Assembly: GCF_009914755.1 (NCBI RefSeq)
Contig: NC_060935.1
Reading direction: 5' to 3' (one strand)
DNA: 64,000 nucleotides
Source of the DNA: the human T2T-CHM13v2.0 reference genome, Homo sapiens
The notes under the pieces were generated by a model. It was not told where the DNA came from and searched no databases. It saw only the letters and a program-made list of their open reading frames with translations. The position numbers and the translations under genes are program-made. How positions within the stretch are numbered: position 1 is the stretch's first letter; each line of letters starts with the position of its first letter. Positions 41,021-55,700 of the stretch are shown in pieces.

Positions 41021-44000
41021 GACACACCCAGCCCAGATTCAACAGGAAACCGATCTTCCCCTGACTCCCCACCGAGGAGAGCCTCTCCTCGACCCTGCAC
41101 GGGCTCTGAGGCCAGCGTCACACTCCCTCTCTGCTCTCCTGTCCCTTGAGCCCTTCCTCTACAGGTGGGGCAGAGAGGGTGGTGGACACCAGGCTTATCT
41201 GCCTGCTCCTCTCCCTCCTAAGGAAAAGGGAGTAGCAGATTGATCTGAGGGGAAAGCACAGGCTGTGCTGTCGAGGCGCCTGCTCGCTTACTCGCCTGCC
41301 AGGAGGCCGGGCTCTCAGTTTGGGGTGTTTGTGCAACCTTCATCTGCACTGGGCCCTGTGCCCCTCCTCCCCATCCATGGTCCCCAGCAGTGCCTGGTTC
41401 TGAGCAAACTCCCAGGGAAGAAAACGGCCCTGTCTCCATGGCCAGGTTCTTGTGGTGTCCAGTGCGCGTCTCTCCTCCATCACACTCTCCCGGCTTGCGC
41501 AGGAGGGGCCAGCAGCCCCAGGAGTCCCAGACCCGTGCCGATCACACTGGTGCTGTTGAGATCTCCCAAACCTCACGTCCTTAACTGTGCTCTCCCTCCT
41601 TTCCTCTCCCTTGAGCTTGGTTCTGCCCAGCACTCGTGCTTGTTCACATAATTAGGTTTCCCACCCCAGCCTACCCGACTTACTTGCTAGTCTCTATGAG
41701 GTCCTTATTGCACTTATTGGGGTTGAAGCTCTTCAGAGGAGCTGGAACTGTCTACCCCAGGGACACACCCATTTCGTTGCTACCCAAGTGGATTCTGAGA
41801 CAGGCACCATCTCCTTGTTCCCCCTCTCTCTTTTGCCTCCCACTGACTGCCCTTTTCCATGTGTCTTCATTCTGCCTGAAGAAGGCTTTCCCAGGATGCA
41901 CGTCCTCAGAGGGAGCAGCCTATCTCCCCCAAGCTGGAGGCGGCAGAGGACTGGGCCAAGCCCCAACCTGCCTCCCAGCCAGGCTCCTCCAGGCCTCTGG
42001 TTTAGCGGAGCCCCCTGAGCCCAGGCCTGTGTCTAGCCCCAGTGGCTCACTGAACTTTCAGGGCAGTCAGGGGGTCCTGCTTAGAAGCCAGTCACCAGCC
42101 CTCTGCCTGCAGCCATGGAAGGGGGTGTGCACGTGCCTCTGTGTGTGTGGCTGAGTGTATTCTGCGCGTGTGTGTGGAGGGAGGGAGGGAGGGGAGCATG
42201 GTGTCTCCCGCTCCACCGCCCTTTGTTGAGCCCCATCAGCTGCCCCCTTTTACTTTGCATTGAACGGCCTGTCCAAAGATCCTCTCTCTAGGGCAGCAGA
42301 GAGCTTTTTGCACTTTAAAAAAAAAAAGAAAGAAAGAAAGGTCGGAATTTCTTTTGGGTCAATATTTTTAAGTGTGTGAGGAGATGCTCAGTAGCAGCAG
42401 CCTATGGCAAGAGCTTATAAATGATTGATGCAAATTTGCACTCTGCTCCCCCTCTGTAAGGATACTGATAGCACAACCTCTTCCCCCCACCCCGCCCCGC
42501 CTTTTGGTCGTCCATCCCTGTCCCTTTCTGGCCCTCTTCCTGTAGCCCAGTCTCAGGCTTTCCTCTTCCTGAAGCCCTACAGAGTTAGGGAATGGAGCCC
42601 AGGCACCAGGGGTCTAAAGTGTGAGCCACTGAGAAGAGAGACGCCAACTGCACCCTTGCCACTTCCAAAGCAATAGAGGCAGAGTGGTCCCCTCTTTGCC
42701 ACCTAGGCCAGTTTTGACCCTGGCATTAACTGGCCTTAGAAGAAACTGGATCCTGGTAGGGGGTGGCATTTTGTTTGTTTCTTCCAATCTGCTGAATCTT
42801 TTGACTGCACCTTACAAACAGCAGTCTGCTCCCATGACCCTCTGCCCACTTCCATTGGTCTCCAGGCCCCAATAATCTGGGGTTGAAACTTTGAGGAAAT
42901 GCCAGTGACTTATTCCAGAGTGCCTCAGTTAGGGGAACTTCTCTGTAAAGAACCCTGGGTATTGAGCAAAAACCTTATTATCGTTAATGACCTATAATTG
43001 GAAGCTTCCTGCCTTTTTCTTTGGTTGCTCCTGTGGAAAATACTGAAAAGATTACTTTGTTTTATTTTGTTGTCTTTTTATAAAAGGGGAGGTGGAGAGA
43101 CCCCTTCAGAGCAGGGATTGTGCCGGGAGAGTGCCTCTGACTTTGGGACATTTCATCCACAGAAATTTCCAAGCCAATGGTTTCTTTTGGGTTTTGGTTT
43201 TTATGTTTGTTTTTTGGGGTTTGGAAAAACATGCATTTTTACCGTGCACGTAAATTGGTCAGCAGAAAAGGGAGCCCAGAAAAGGCAGCAGATGGACCAT
43301 GCCCTTGCTGGGTTTTCCTTTTCTTTGGGACTGTGAGGGGAAATGGTTTTTAGAGGTGAGGGTTGGTCCATGTGGAGGAAAGAAGTGTCTCTGTTGGGGG
43401 ACAGAGGAACCTGGGGAGTCCATCGCATGTCCTACAATCTGCTCTTAGACACGGCCTTGCCAGGAGAGCCTGCCCTCAGACTGCAGGACCAGAACCCCTG
43501 CCTCCATCTTTCCAAGCACCGGGGCGAAAAACCACAAAGGAAAGGAAGAAAATTTATATATATATAATATAAAATCACTTGGTGATTAAAAAAATAACTG
43601 CTCCATAAATAAAACTCCTAAAGTCACTTATGTTTAAAGGGTTTGGTTGTGTTTTTTGTTTTTCGGAGAAATATTGTAAATATATATTTTTTTGTTGCTG
43701 ATTTAGAGTCAATCTCCAATGTTGTGCTAAAAAGTTTAAATTAAATGTAAGCATTAAGGGGATAAGTCTTATGCTATCTCAGTTGACACATTGAGGTTAT
43801 TTTGGGCCAGAGAAGGAGGAAGCTAGTTGGACTTTGTTTTGTTTTCCAAAAGTTCTCCACTATTGGTTTTAGAGAGAGCAAGGACATCTTTCCTCTGACA
43901 CGTGGGAATGGGTGATATTTGTGTAATAAAATTTTTAAAAGACAAAAAAAGAAATAGCCTCCAATGGGAAATATTTTAATTTAGGTTTTGTTTTTGTTTG

Positions 44001-44050
44001 GGGGTTTTTGTTTTTTTAAAAAAATAAAAAGGCTTTAAAAACAAAAACTA
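41021..44050 (+). other. KDM2A: KDM2A 3'UTR (~3 kb)
   Basis: No interspersed repeat recognised after the stop; AU/U-rich end with poly(A) signals. Confidence 0.85.
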
Positions 44051-44080
44051 AACCTTTTCTGCTTCGGTGTGTGCGTGTGA
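43585..44080 (+). terminator. Tandem polyadenylation signals
   Basis: ATTAAA 43585; AATAAA 43608, 43925, 44023; U/GU-rich downstream elements after 43630, 43985 and 44055. Confidence 0.8.
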
Positions 44081-44244
44081 GCAAGTCAGAAGGCTAAGGC
44101 CACGGAGCCCTTGCTTCACCTCTCAGCAGCAGCAGCAGAACTAGGGGGCATGTTTACTGCTTGGTTTTCCTTAGCTTATTTTTTAAACACCAAAAAAGCA
44201 GCACTTGCTTCTAGAAATACAACGTTTACTTCATCAAGGTGAAC

Positions 44245-47190
<2,946 letters not shown>

Positions 47191-47399
47191 CCGCTTCACA
47201 CATCTTATCTGAGTTAATCCTCAAAACAATCCAGTGAGGCCACGCGTGGGACGCCCTTTGTACAGATGAAAAAGGCTCTGCCCTAAGAAGTTAAGTAACT
47301 TGCCTAGGGCACCCAGCCGGGTTCCTAGAAGGTGGCACTGGCATCCTACCCCAAGTCTTTCCTACCCCACCCCTCGACACATGGCAAGTACCAGCGGTC

Positions 47400-47800
47400 A
47401 CAATGTGGGCCCAGTGGGAGCGACGAGACCGTGAGTCGGACACTCACAAGCCGGTTAGGAGCGTCAAGGGGCAAAGCGGCTCTGGGAACAAGCTGCTCGG
47501 CGGCGCCGAGGCGCATGCGCGCTGGGCAGGGCTCCTGGCGGGCCGGGCGGGGCTCCGGGATGAGGATGAGGATGAGGGCGAGGGCGGGGGCGGGGGTTCG
47601 GGGACGGGGCCGGGCCTGGCAGCTCGCTGGGGCCCCGTCTCGGCAAAAACTCTGAGGTGGAAGAGGACCTTGGATCCGGGGACAGTGCGGGGACTGTGTG
47701 AACTTTCCAGAGAGTTCCAGGAGGAGGCGATGCTCCTGGGAGGCGGGTCGAGAGAAGCTAGGGGTCTCGAAACCCCTGCCATGGTTGGTGGGCTGGCGCC
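47400..47800. promoter_or_regulatory. Small intergenic CpG island with NRF1 site and GC boxes
   Basis: CpG cluster; GCGCATGCGC 47511-47520; GGGCGGGGGCGGGGG ~47582-47597. Confidence 0.7.
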
Positions 47801-48714
47801 TGCGGGCTAACAATCCCCACCCAAGGTCCCTGCCCTCTGCAGAAAGGAGCGAAGGGCCCGGGCGTCCTGGTGATGTTGGAGCCTCCCGGATAACCAGGGC
47901 CCTTTTTCCCTCAGGGCCTTTGCATCTACTGTTCCGCATACCTGAAAAGCTCTTTTCTCTGCCCCTAAAACAACTGCTTCCCTCCCATCCTCTGGCTCTG
48001 ACAAAAACGCCCTGAGTTTTCCCTGACTTCACCTGAAGAGGCTCCTGATTCTTAGAACTTGTCACGTGCCTCACAGGGATGTTCCCGCTTTCAATGAGAT
48101 CAGCTGGGCTCTGCAGTGCCCTGCACATAAGGAGAACCCAACACTTGTCAGCGGCTGTTATCACGTATGGTTTGCCTCTAAGCTCCCCTCCTGTGTCTTC
48201 CCGTGTTGGATCCGCAACGCCAAGTACAGGTGCCTGGCATGTAGTAGGAGCTCAACAAATACTGTCAAATAATCGGGTGAATGAATCAACTCCCAGCATC
48301 CCGGCCAGAGCCTGACACTGTCTGGGGACCTGACATCAGAGGAATGGCTGTCCATGTTGGGGAGGAGTGTCCCCAGGTCAATCTGGCACACACCTGCTGA
48401 GGTCAAGGAAGCCCCGAGCTCACCCTCCTGCTCTGCAAAGCCCAGGCTGGAGGCGGAGAAGAGAGGTCTCAGCAGGACAAAATTCGCACTCCCGGGCCTT
48501 GGCACGTGCCACTTCCAACCTCTCTCATGCTCATGCACACAATGTCATGTTCAAGACTTTACCCAACCCTCCCCGACCCCTCCCCTGACCTTCTCCCGAG
48601 TGCCCTCACTTCCTTAAACTATAGCTCTTGCCAGGTTAATTGGAGATATGTGTTTAGGGGTTTTCTTCCCCACCAGACTGGGCTAACACTGAGTCTTGAT
48701 TCTTTATGCAGCCC

Positions 48715-49470
48715 TTACCCTTACTTTGTGCTGGGGATGAGGGGTGCAGCAGTGACCAGGACAGAAATGCCAAGGGAGAGACCGCTGAGCAGGATATCTT
48801 CCGCCCACAAGGTGGCAGCACGAGGAGGAGCCTGCCACTCCGGAAGTGGGGAAGGGCAGTCCAGGCAAGGGAACTGTAAAGTTAAAGCCCCAGAGGTGGA
48901 AATGGACTTGGCTTGTTCTAGTGACAGAAGGAAGACCAGAGAGGCTGGAGACTAAGAGGAAGGGGAAGAATGGAAATTGCTGAGTTAGAGAGATAGGCAG
49001 GCACCAGTCTGTGCGGGTCTCATGGGCCACAGGAAGTGGGGTGGATTTTATCCTAAGTGCAGGGGCAGTCGTTGGGGGTGGGCTTTGATGGAGATCTATA
49101 GAAGCTCAACCCACAGGAACGGCAGGGCGCGCGGAGAGGAGGCTGGTGCAGGCATGCAGGCGAGAGGTGATTGAGACTCGGGCCAGGGTTTAGCAGGGCA
49201 CAGTGGACGGATCAAGGATGTACTTCAGAGACAGATACGCCAGAGATGCTGTATGACAGCAGGGGTATACATCGGGGTGGGGGCCAGGTGAGGAAAGAGA
49301 GGAATCGAGGACAGCTCCTACATTTTGGGAAAATGGAGGATCCACGCCTGAGATGGGGAGGCGGGAGAGGAGCAGGTTGGACAGGGGCTGGGTAGTGGGA
49401 GCAAGAGCTCAGTGTGGGCCGCGCTAAGTTTGCAACATCTATTAGTCATCCAGTGGCGATGCCAAGTAAT
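48715..49470 (-). mobile_element. L2 fragment (further L2 3' ends at ~48160-48290 + and ~50093-50520 -)
   Basis: GGATTTTATCCTAAGTGC and CTATTAGTCATCCAGTGG L2-type motifs; (CATT)n end at 50093. Confidence 0.65.
48802..48820 (+). promoter_or_regulatory. CTCF core motif (CGCCCACAAGGTGGCAGCA)
   Basis: Matches CCASYAGRKGGCRS with one deviation; ETS CCGGAAGTG at 48840-48848. Confidence 0.55.
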
Positions 49471-52400
49471 GATGTGTCTGTGGGGCTGCCAGCTGAGCAG
49501 AGATGGGGCTCTACTCCACTTTGCACTCCTAGCATCCTGGTCAGGGCCTGGAGCAGTCTAGGCACAGGACAAAGGTTTGTTGAGAGAAGGAAGGCCTGCC
49601 TGTGAAGGCAAGTTTGCAATCGACCTTCCTAGGACCAACAGAGGCAACACCGTCCCCAAAACCAGTCTTCCCCAGGCCTAGGGCTCACACCAACCTCTTC
49701 TGAACCTGGAGCTTCCTGAAGTCACTTTTCCTGGGCCCAGGAATCAATGAAGGGAGACCAGCCCCCCTCAAAAGACCCCAGCTTCAGGCCTGGCAGGGGG
49801 TGTGGATTGGGCTGTGGGTGGGAGGGACTGAGTTTTTAGGTGGGGATGGGAAGGTAAGGCCACCTCTTGGAACAGGATGGCTGGCATTTCAGAACTCACA
49901 CACAGACTCTGGTCCAACAAGTTCATCAGGTAGAATTTTTAAAATAGAGGCTATTCCCGAAAACCCTGGCTGACATGTGGCTGTGCTCGCAGTCCAGAGG
50001 AGTCAGGACAGGGCTGTGGGGAGAGGAGGTTAGAGGCTTCATGTTGTGGCATCTGGCCTTGTTCCACCCCAAAACCCATGTGTTCCAAGAGCTCATTCAC
50101 TCATTCATTCACTCATCAAACACTGATGCCTTTGAGTCGGGTCCTGTGGTGGGCACTGGGAGCAAAGGATGAACTAGGGGCACCAGTGACAGTGGGGGAC
50201 AGTATGTCCTCTTTAAATATATATATCAGCATTTCCAACATCAGGATGCATTTTCCAATTGATGCTGACATGTAACGAGGCTTCACTCCCCACTGTCGAA
50301 ACTTGCAACAATGCATCTTGCAACTGAAAATGGAAAACAGGGCCTAGAAGGTGGTAAGTGTAGAATTGGAGATGTACATAGTTGGGGTCAGGGAGTCAGG
50401 GAAGACTACCTGGAGGAGGTGAGTCTTAGCGGATGAGTAGGAGTTGTCCACGGAGGAAGGTACACAGAAGGGCTTCCAGGCCCAGGAAACAGCAGAGGCA
50501 CAGAAGTGAGAATGGGTGGGTGAGTTGGTGGGGAAACTCCAGGTGCAGAGGATGGTAGCGAAACAAACTGGAGCATTCAAGGTCCAAGTCCTCCAAGATC
50601 TTGACTTGCAGATTAAGGAGTTTGTTCACCTAATCTGCTTTGGGCAGAGTGTGGTGAGTCCTAGAGACCCCTCTAGGTCTCTCACTCTCAGTAGCCCCAG
50701 AAGGCCTGGAGAGCTGCTTCTGGGTGCCAAGCAGGCAGTGACTCCATCAGATCTAGATTTGGGAAAAGCATCCCTGGTCAGGGCCTGCATCAGGGCAGTG
50801 GCTGGCCATGAGGACCCTGAGAAGTAGACAGATTCACGGAGATTCTCAGGAGGCCAGACAGGAGACTATGGTGACAAATTAGATTAGAGAAGGGGAGAGA
50901 ATGAAGGAGCAGTTGGGGAAAAGAAAACTGAGGCTCTGACATGGGTATATGGGTGGCGAGTGACTCACCACCCACTGAGAGGAGAACCTCACAAGCTCTG
51001 ACATGCTCTGGTTCCAGGTTCTGTTGGGGCTGATCCAAGATGGTAGCCTAGAGGTGCACAGAGATGGGGGCCTTGCTTTGCAAAAGGATGCTGGCTGCTG
51101 GCCCACAGCATGGTAATGAGATTTGAGCTTTATGTGCCCAGGGCTGGGAGGAGGGTCCTGTCACTTTGAAAGCAAAGAGAGGCTCTAGAGAGGGGCATGT
51201 TGAGATAGGAATGCTGCCTTGAGACACCTGGCTTTCCCCACTCTGGGTGGGCTCTCAGCAGGGTGGGTTTCCCCTGCCAGGCAGCACTGAAACCTCTGTG
51301 CGCTTCCGGGCTGGGAGAGTTTTTACCGTAACTACATGTGGAACCATCCTGAAGGAACATCTGGATGGGATGGGGTACAGGGAAGGGAGCTGCCAAGAGT
51401 GCTGGCCAGGGACCTGGGTCTATGAGCTGGTTGGGGGGTGGGGTTGGGTGCAGGGTACTTGATCCTGAGTGGGCCTTCTGCGGCCAGGATTGGTTCTAGA
51501 GTAGGAGGGGTGGGATCGGGGATGGGGGAAGCCTGTAACTGCGCTGCAGTTGTCAGGTCCCAGGTTCTGGGTGACCTACTAAGGATTCTGGGTCCAGTGT
51601 GGGTCCCAGGTTAGACGTCCTAGTCCTGAGTCCGTGTCCACAGTTCTGGGTGTTGAGTCTAGGACAGTGATCTGGAGTTGACAGTCCAATCTAGGTCTGA
51701 GTCCTGACCCCAAGTCTAGAGTTCAGGGTCATGGTAGTAGCCTAGGGTCAGAATCAAGGTTGGGGTCAGTAACCAGGATGGGATCGAGGTCATGGTCCAA
51801 AATCTGGATCTGGGGACCTGTTGGGGGTCTGAGGTGAGTGTCGCAGTCTGGGTATGGCGTTGGAGACCCAGGGCTGTGATCTGAGGTCATGGTTAGAGTC
51901 TGAGGTGGTGGGCCAAGGTTTGAGTCTGGGGTCCTGTTTGGAGTCTGGTGTCAGGTCGTGGACTGCGTCCAAGGTCAGGGAGTCCGGGGTTATAGCCAGG
52001 GTCTGAGATGAAAGTCCCAGGATGGTGTTCAGAGGTCTGAATCTGTGTCTTGGTGAGCGTCCAGGTTCCCTGTGATCACGTTTGGTGTCAGGGCTGCGGC
52101 CCGACTGGGGAGCCTGGGATCCAGAGATGTGACCCGAGGTTGTGGTCAGAGAATGGGTCTCGGGTCGTCTTCCGTGCCGGGTCCCTGTCGTGTTCCAGGC
52201 CCGGGTCTCCGTCCAGCATCGAGGGCCGAGGTCACGGCCAGGGTCTGAGCCCGCGGTCGCAGGTCTGGTTCGGGGTCAGATTCCGCGCGGCCTCCAGGGG
52301 GCGCCGTCGCCCGCCCGGCTCGGCCCCTCGCGGGCTCGCTGGCGTTGTGCGCGGCAGGCGGGGCCGGAGGCGGCGGCGGCTCCGGGGCGCGGGCGCGCGG

Positions 52401-52478
52401 GCGGCGGCGGCGGCGGCGCCCCGACTGCAGTCCCGGCGGGAGCGGAGCGCGAGCCGGGGCCGGGCCCGAGCCGGCGCC

Positions 52479-52499
52479 ATGGGGCGGCGCCGCCTGTGA
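52479..52499 (+). other. uORF in GRK2 5'UTR (MGRRRL*)
   Basis: gccATGg strong Kozak, TGA at 52497-52499, in frame with the GRK2 ATG. Confidence 0.7.
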
Positions 52500-52607
52500 G
52501 CGGCGGCGAGCGGAGCCGCGGGCGCCGAGCAGGGCCAGGCGGGAGGCGTCGGCGCCCGAGGCCGAGCGAGCCGCGGCCGGGCCGGGCCGAGCGCCGAGCG
52601 AGCAGGA

Positions 52608-52631
52608 GCGGCGGCGGCGGCGGCGGCGGCG
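52608..52631 (+). repeat. (GCG)8 in GRK2 5'UTR; also (GCG)6 at 52401-52418
   Basis: Read directly. Confidence 0.95.
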
Positions 52632-52655
52632 GGAGGAGGCAGCGCCGCCGCCAAG

Positions 52656-52768
52656 ATGGCGGACCTGGAGGCGGTGCTGGCCGACGTGAGCTACCTGATG
52701 GCCATGGAGAAGAGCAAGGCCACGCCGGCCGCGCGCGCCAGCAAGAAGATACTGCTGCCCGAGCCCAG
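52656..52768 (+). CDS. GRK2: GRK2 (beta-adrenergic receptor kinase 1) exon 1 [40 protein letters not shown]
   Basis: Diagnostic GRK2 N-terminus; aagATGg; AG/GTgagg donor, phase 2. Confidence 0.98.
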
Positions 52769-55700
52769 GTGAGGAGAAGCTGCCCGCGGCCCCGGCCCGA
52801 CCCCGCGGGCGCCCCGGCCGCGGCCCCGAGACCCTGGCCCCATGCTCGACCCCGCGACCTGGACCCCCGGGGCCGGCTCTCGCAACCCCCTGTCGGCCCC
52901 CCAGCCCGGAGCAGCCCGGCCTTGGCGCCTGCGGGTCCAGACCCTAAGCCCCAGACCCTGGGCGCCTGAGCCCGGAGCGCCCCAACTCCGGAGCTCCTCT
53001 GCCCCATCGGTCCCCGGACCCAGTCGGGTCCCCCTGGCCGCCCTGCTGCTTCCTTATCGTGCTCCACCGGCCCCCCGAAGTCGCTGTCAGCCCCTGGCTC
53101 CCGCCTTCTCCCACGGGGGCCCGGCGCGCCCCTTCATCCTTCTCGGAGCAGCCCTTGGTCCCTGTGGGGTCCCCTCCCCTCCGCTGGCCACCATTTACCT
53201 CGCCTGACGATGTCACCCACCCTTTTGCTGTCCCTGCTCACGGCACTCGCTTTAGGGTTTCCACTACCCCCACCCGTCTCTCCTCCAGTCTACACTTGTG
53301 TGAGGTGTTGGGGGACAGCCAGTCTTCCGGACTCTTCTCCCACCCTCTGGTGGGGTCGCTGTCCTGGAGTTGGGCTCGAGAGTGCTTTCAGGGCGGCGTG
53401 GTGAGCAGGACCTAGGGTGCTGCGGGCACCCTCCCCCTCGGACCGCGCTCAGGTCGGGGAAACATCCCCTGTGCCCTCTCCCCTACATTTCTCCTCTGGC
53501 AGGCCCTGCATATGGTGCCCCGTGGGTGCTGTTGACCAGGGGCCCTCCCAGCACACCTGCAATGGCTGGACCTTAGCTGCCGCCTCTGTAAGACAACTGA
53601 CATCACACCTGGTATCAAAGTTTAGACTGTTCAGGATGTAGGTGCAAAAGTACACAGGATGTGGACGATTGCTGCGGTTTGTCCAGCATTTTATGGCTGA
53701 TAGAGTATCTCTCCACTGTGTGAGCCTCTCAGCAGCGCATGGGGTGGCGAGGACAGGTGTGGTTTTGTCCCTGTGGAACAGATGGGGAAACTGAAGCTCC
53801 AGAGGTGAGTGGCCTGCCCCGAGTCACACAGGTAGTCCCAGGTGGCACCTGGCCAACAGATCAGGGCTTCAGACTTCTGGTTCTACATTTCATCAGCTAC
53901 CCTGGCCTGTGCCAGGGAGCAGACGTGCCCGCCACGATTCTTTGTGTCGTGTGGCAACTCCTTGTGCATGCCTGAGAGTTGGCCTCCTCCTGGTGCCCCA
54001 GCGGGCTGGGGATGGGGCCTGTCCACACTGCCGTGGTCTTATCTTGTGACTCTGGGTAAGTCTCTTCCCTCACTGGGCCTCGGTCTTCTCATCTGTGAAA
54101 TGTGGATGGCGTGAAATAAGAGCTGTGACTCTGCGGTGTCCCTCAGCCTTTGAAGCAGCCGTCTAAGCTCTGGCTGACGCTGCAGGGGTGCCCCATGCCC
54201 ATGGCCCTCACCGCCCCCCTGTGCCATGCCCTGCTCACTGGGTGTTTGGATTGACTGAACGTCAGGCCTGGGAGAGGAAAATTGGTCTGCATTTTGAAAA
54301 GGCCGTTAGGGCCTTTTTTTTTCTAAGACATTTGCAATCAGATTTCTCAAAACAGGAACCAGACTGACTGTCAGCTGGGGGCTGTCCAGGGAGCAGTGAC
54401 GGTTAGTACAGAAATGAGTTCAGAAATGACAAACCCACGAGGGAGGAAACGGGGGAGTCAGCCTCTAGGGCTCAAAACGGCTCTCCTTGGTGGCTGCAGC
54501 CTCGAGACCCTCCTGCAGGATGGAGTTCTGCAACTGTGAGGCGGGGCCTTTTCTGGAACTGTCTGCGTTCGGGTAATCTCCCCCCAGAATGCATTGCTTC
54601 TGATGGGGCGCCGCCTTGGCTCTGCAGGTGTCAGAACCCTGAGAAACGAGATGGTCTTCTTTTCCTGTCCCCTTTCCCATCCATGGTAGTGATGGCGGTG
54701 ATAGCAATAATGATAGGAATTATTACTGACTTACCTATTTTGATATCTGTCATCTCAGTTCTTCCAGCAACCAACCTGTGAAGCTGGCAAGGCCATGCCT
54801 TGCATGTAGTAGTTGCTCAAGAAATACCAGGACTGTGTGGCACCCCCATGCAGTCCTGAGCAGAAACAAGGTTGGATAGGATTCTAGGAGGACAGCAGGA
54901 GGCCGAGCCAGGCAGCCCAGGTTTTCACATTGGGTCACCATCAGCAGCATGGCCTTCCGCAAATCGCCCACATCTGTGAAACGGACTGGAGGTGCGAGCG
55001 CCGAATGTCAGTGCGCTAAGGCCTGGGAAGGGCTACTGGCCACCCCTACATGGGGGTCCAGGCCTGGGGCATTAGGGAGCAGGCCACCCTTTGCATAACG
55101 CCTTGCCTTGCACACCCAGTGGGGCAGAGCACGCCGCCCCCCGCCCCCCGCCGCCCCAGTGGTGATCCTGACCATGTTTCATGTTTGCCTGACACTTTTC
55201 CACTTGCAGAGTGCTTTTTACTCTGTTTTGTCCTTTTGACAACTGTGAGAGGCAGGCCCAGCAGTTAGGATTCTCCCCTTTAGCAGTTGAAGTTATTGAG
55301 GCTCAGGGAGGGGAGGAGTCGTGTCCTCGTCACAGAAGAAAGCTGGAATGGGGCCTCGGGTTTCTGGACCACACAGGCCAGTGCTGTTTCTTTGCTGTGC
55401 TTTATCCCCTCCACCCACCCCTGCACACCACTGTTCTCGCCTCTGTCCACATTTTGCGGTGTGGGCTGACTGGCACCCCTTGTCTGGGGCCATCGGCTGT
55501 CACAGTTCACAAGGCTCAGCCCTCTTCCCGTTGGCTGGGATGGAGAACTGAGCTGCCGTGGCAAAGCTACTGCACCGAGGGGCAGCCCCACTCCAGGGTC
55601 CCGTCAGATGCAGGAGCCTGTCTTCCCCATACCCACAAGGTCAAGGTCAGAGTCAGGGAGAGGGGCTGTGGCTTGTCCCAGTGACAGGTTGCCACTGGGA

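Larger units (their letters stand above)
52180..53230. promoter_or_regulatory. GRK2 CpG-island promoter (TATA-less)
   Basis: Very high GC and CpG content, GC boxes, YY1-type CAAGATGGCG overlapping the start codon. Confidence 0.9.

Noticed and set aside
47346-48164. 272-aa minus-strand ORF
   Set aside because: Spans a GC-rich island, has no recognisable domain and no coding signature
52423-52434. GACTGCAGTCCC as a ZNF143-associated ACTACA motif
   Set aside because: Spacing and core deviate from consensus; only a 10-bp palindrome is certain
52050-53067. Long 263-275 aa ORFs on both strands
   Set aside because: Stop-codon depletion in a CpG island; low-complexity Arg/Gly/Pro/Ala; the real CDS starts at 52656
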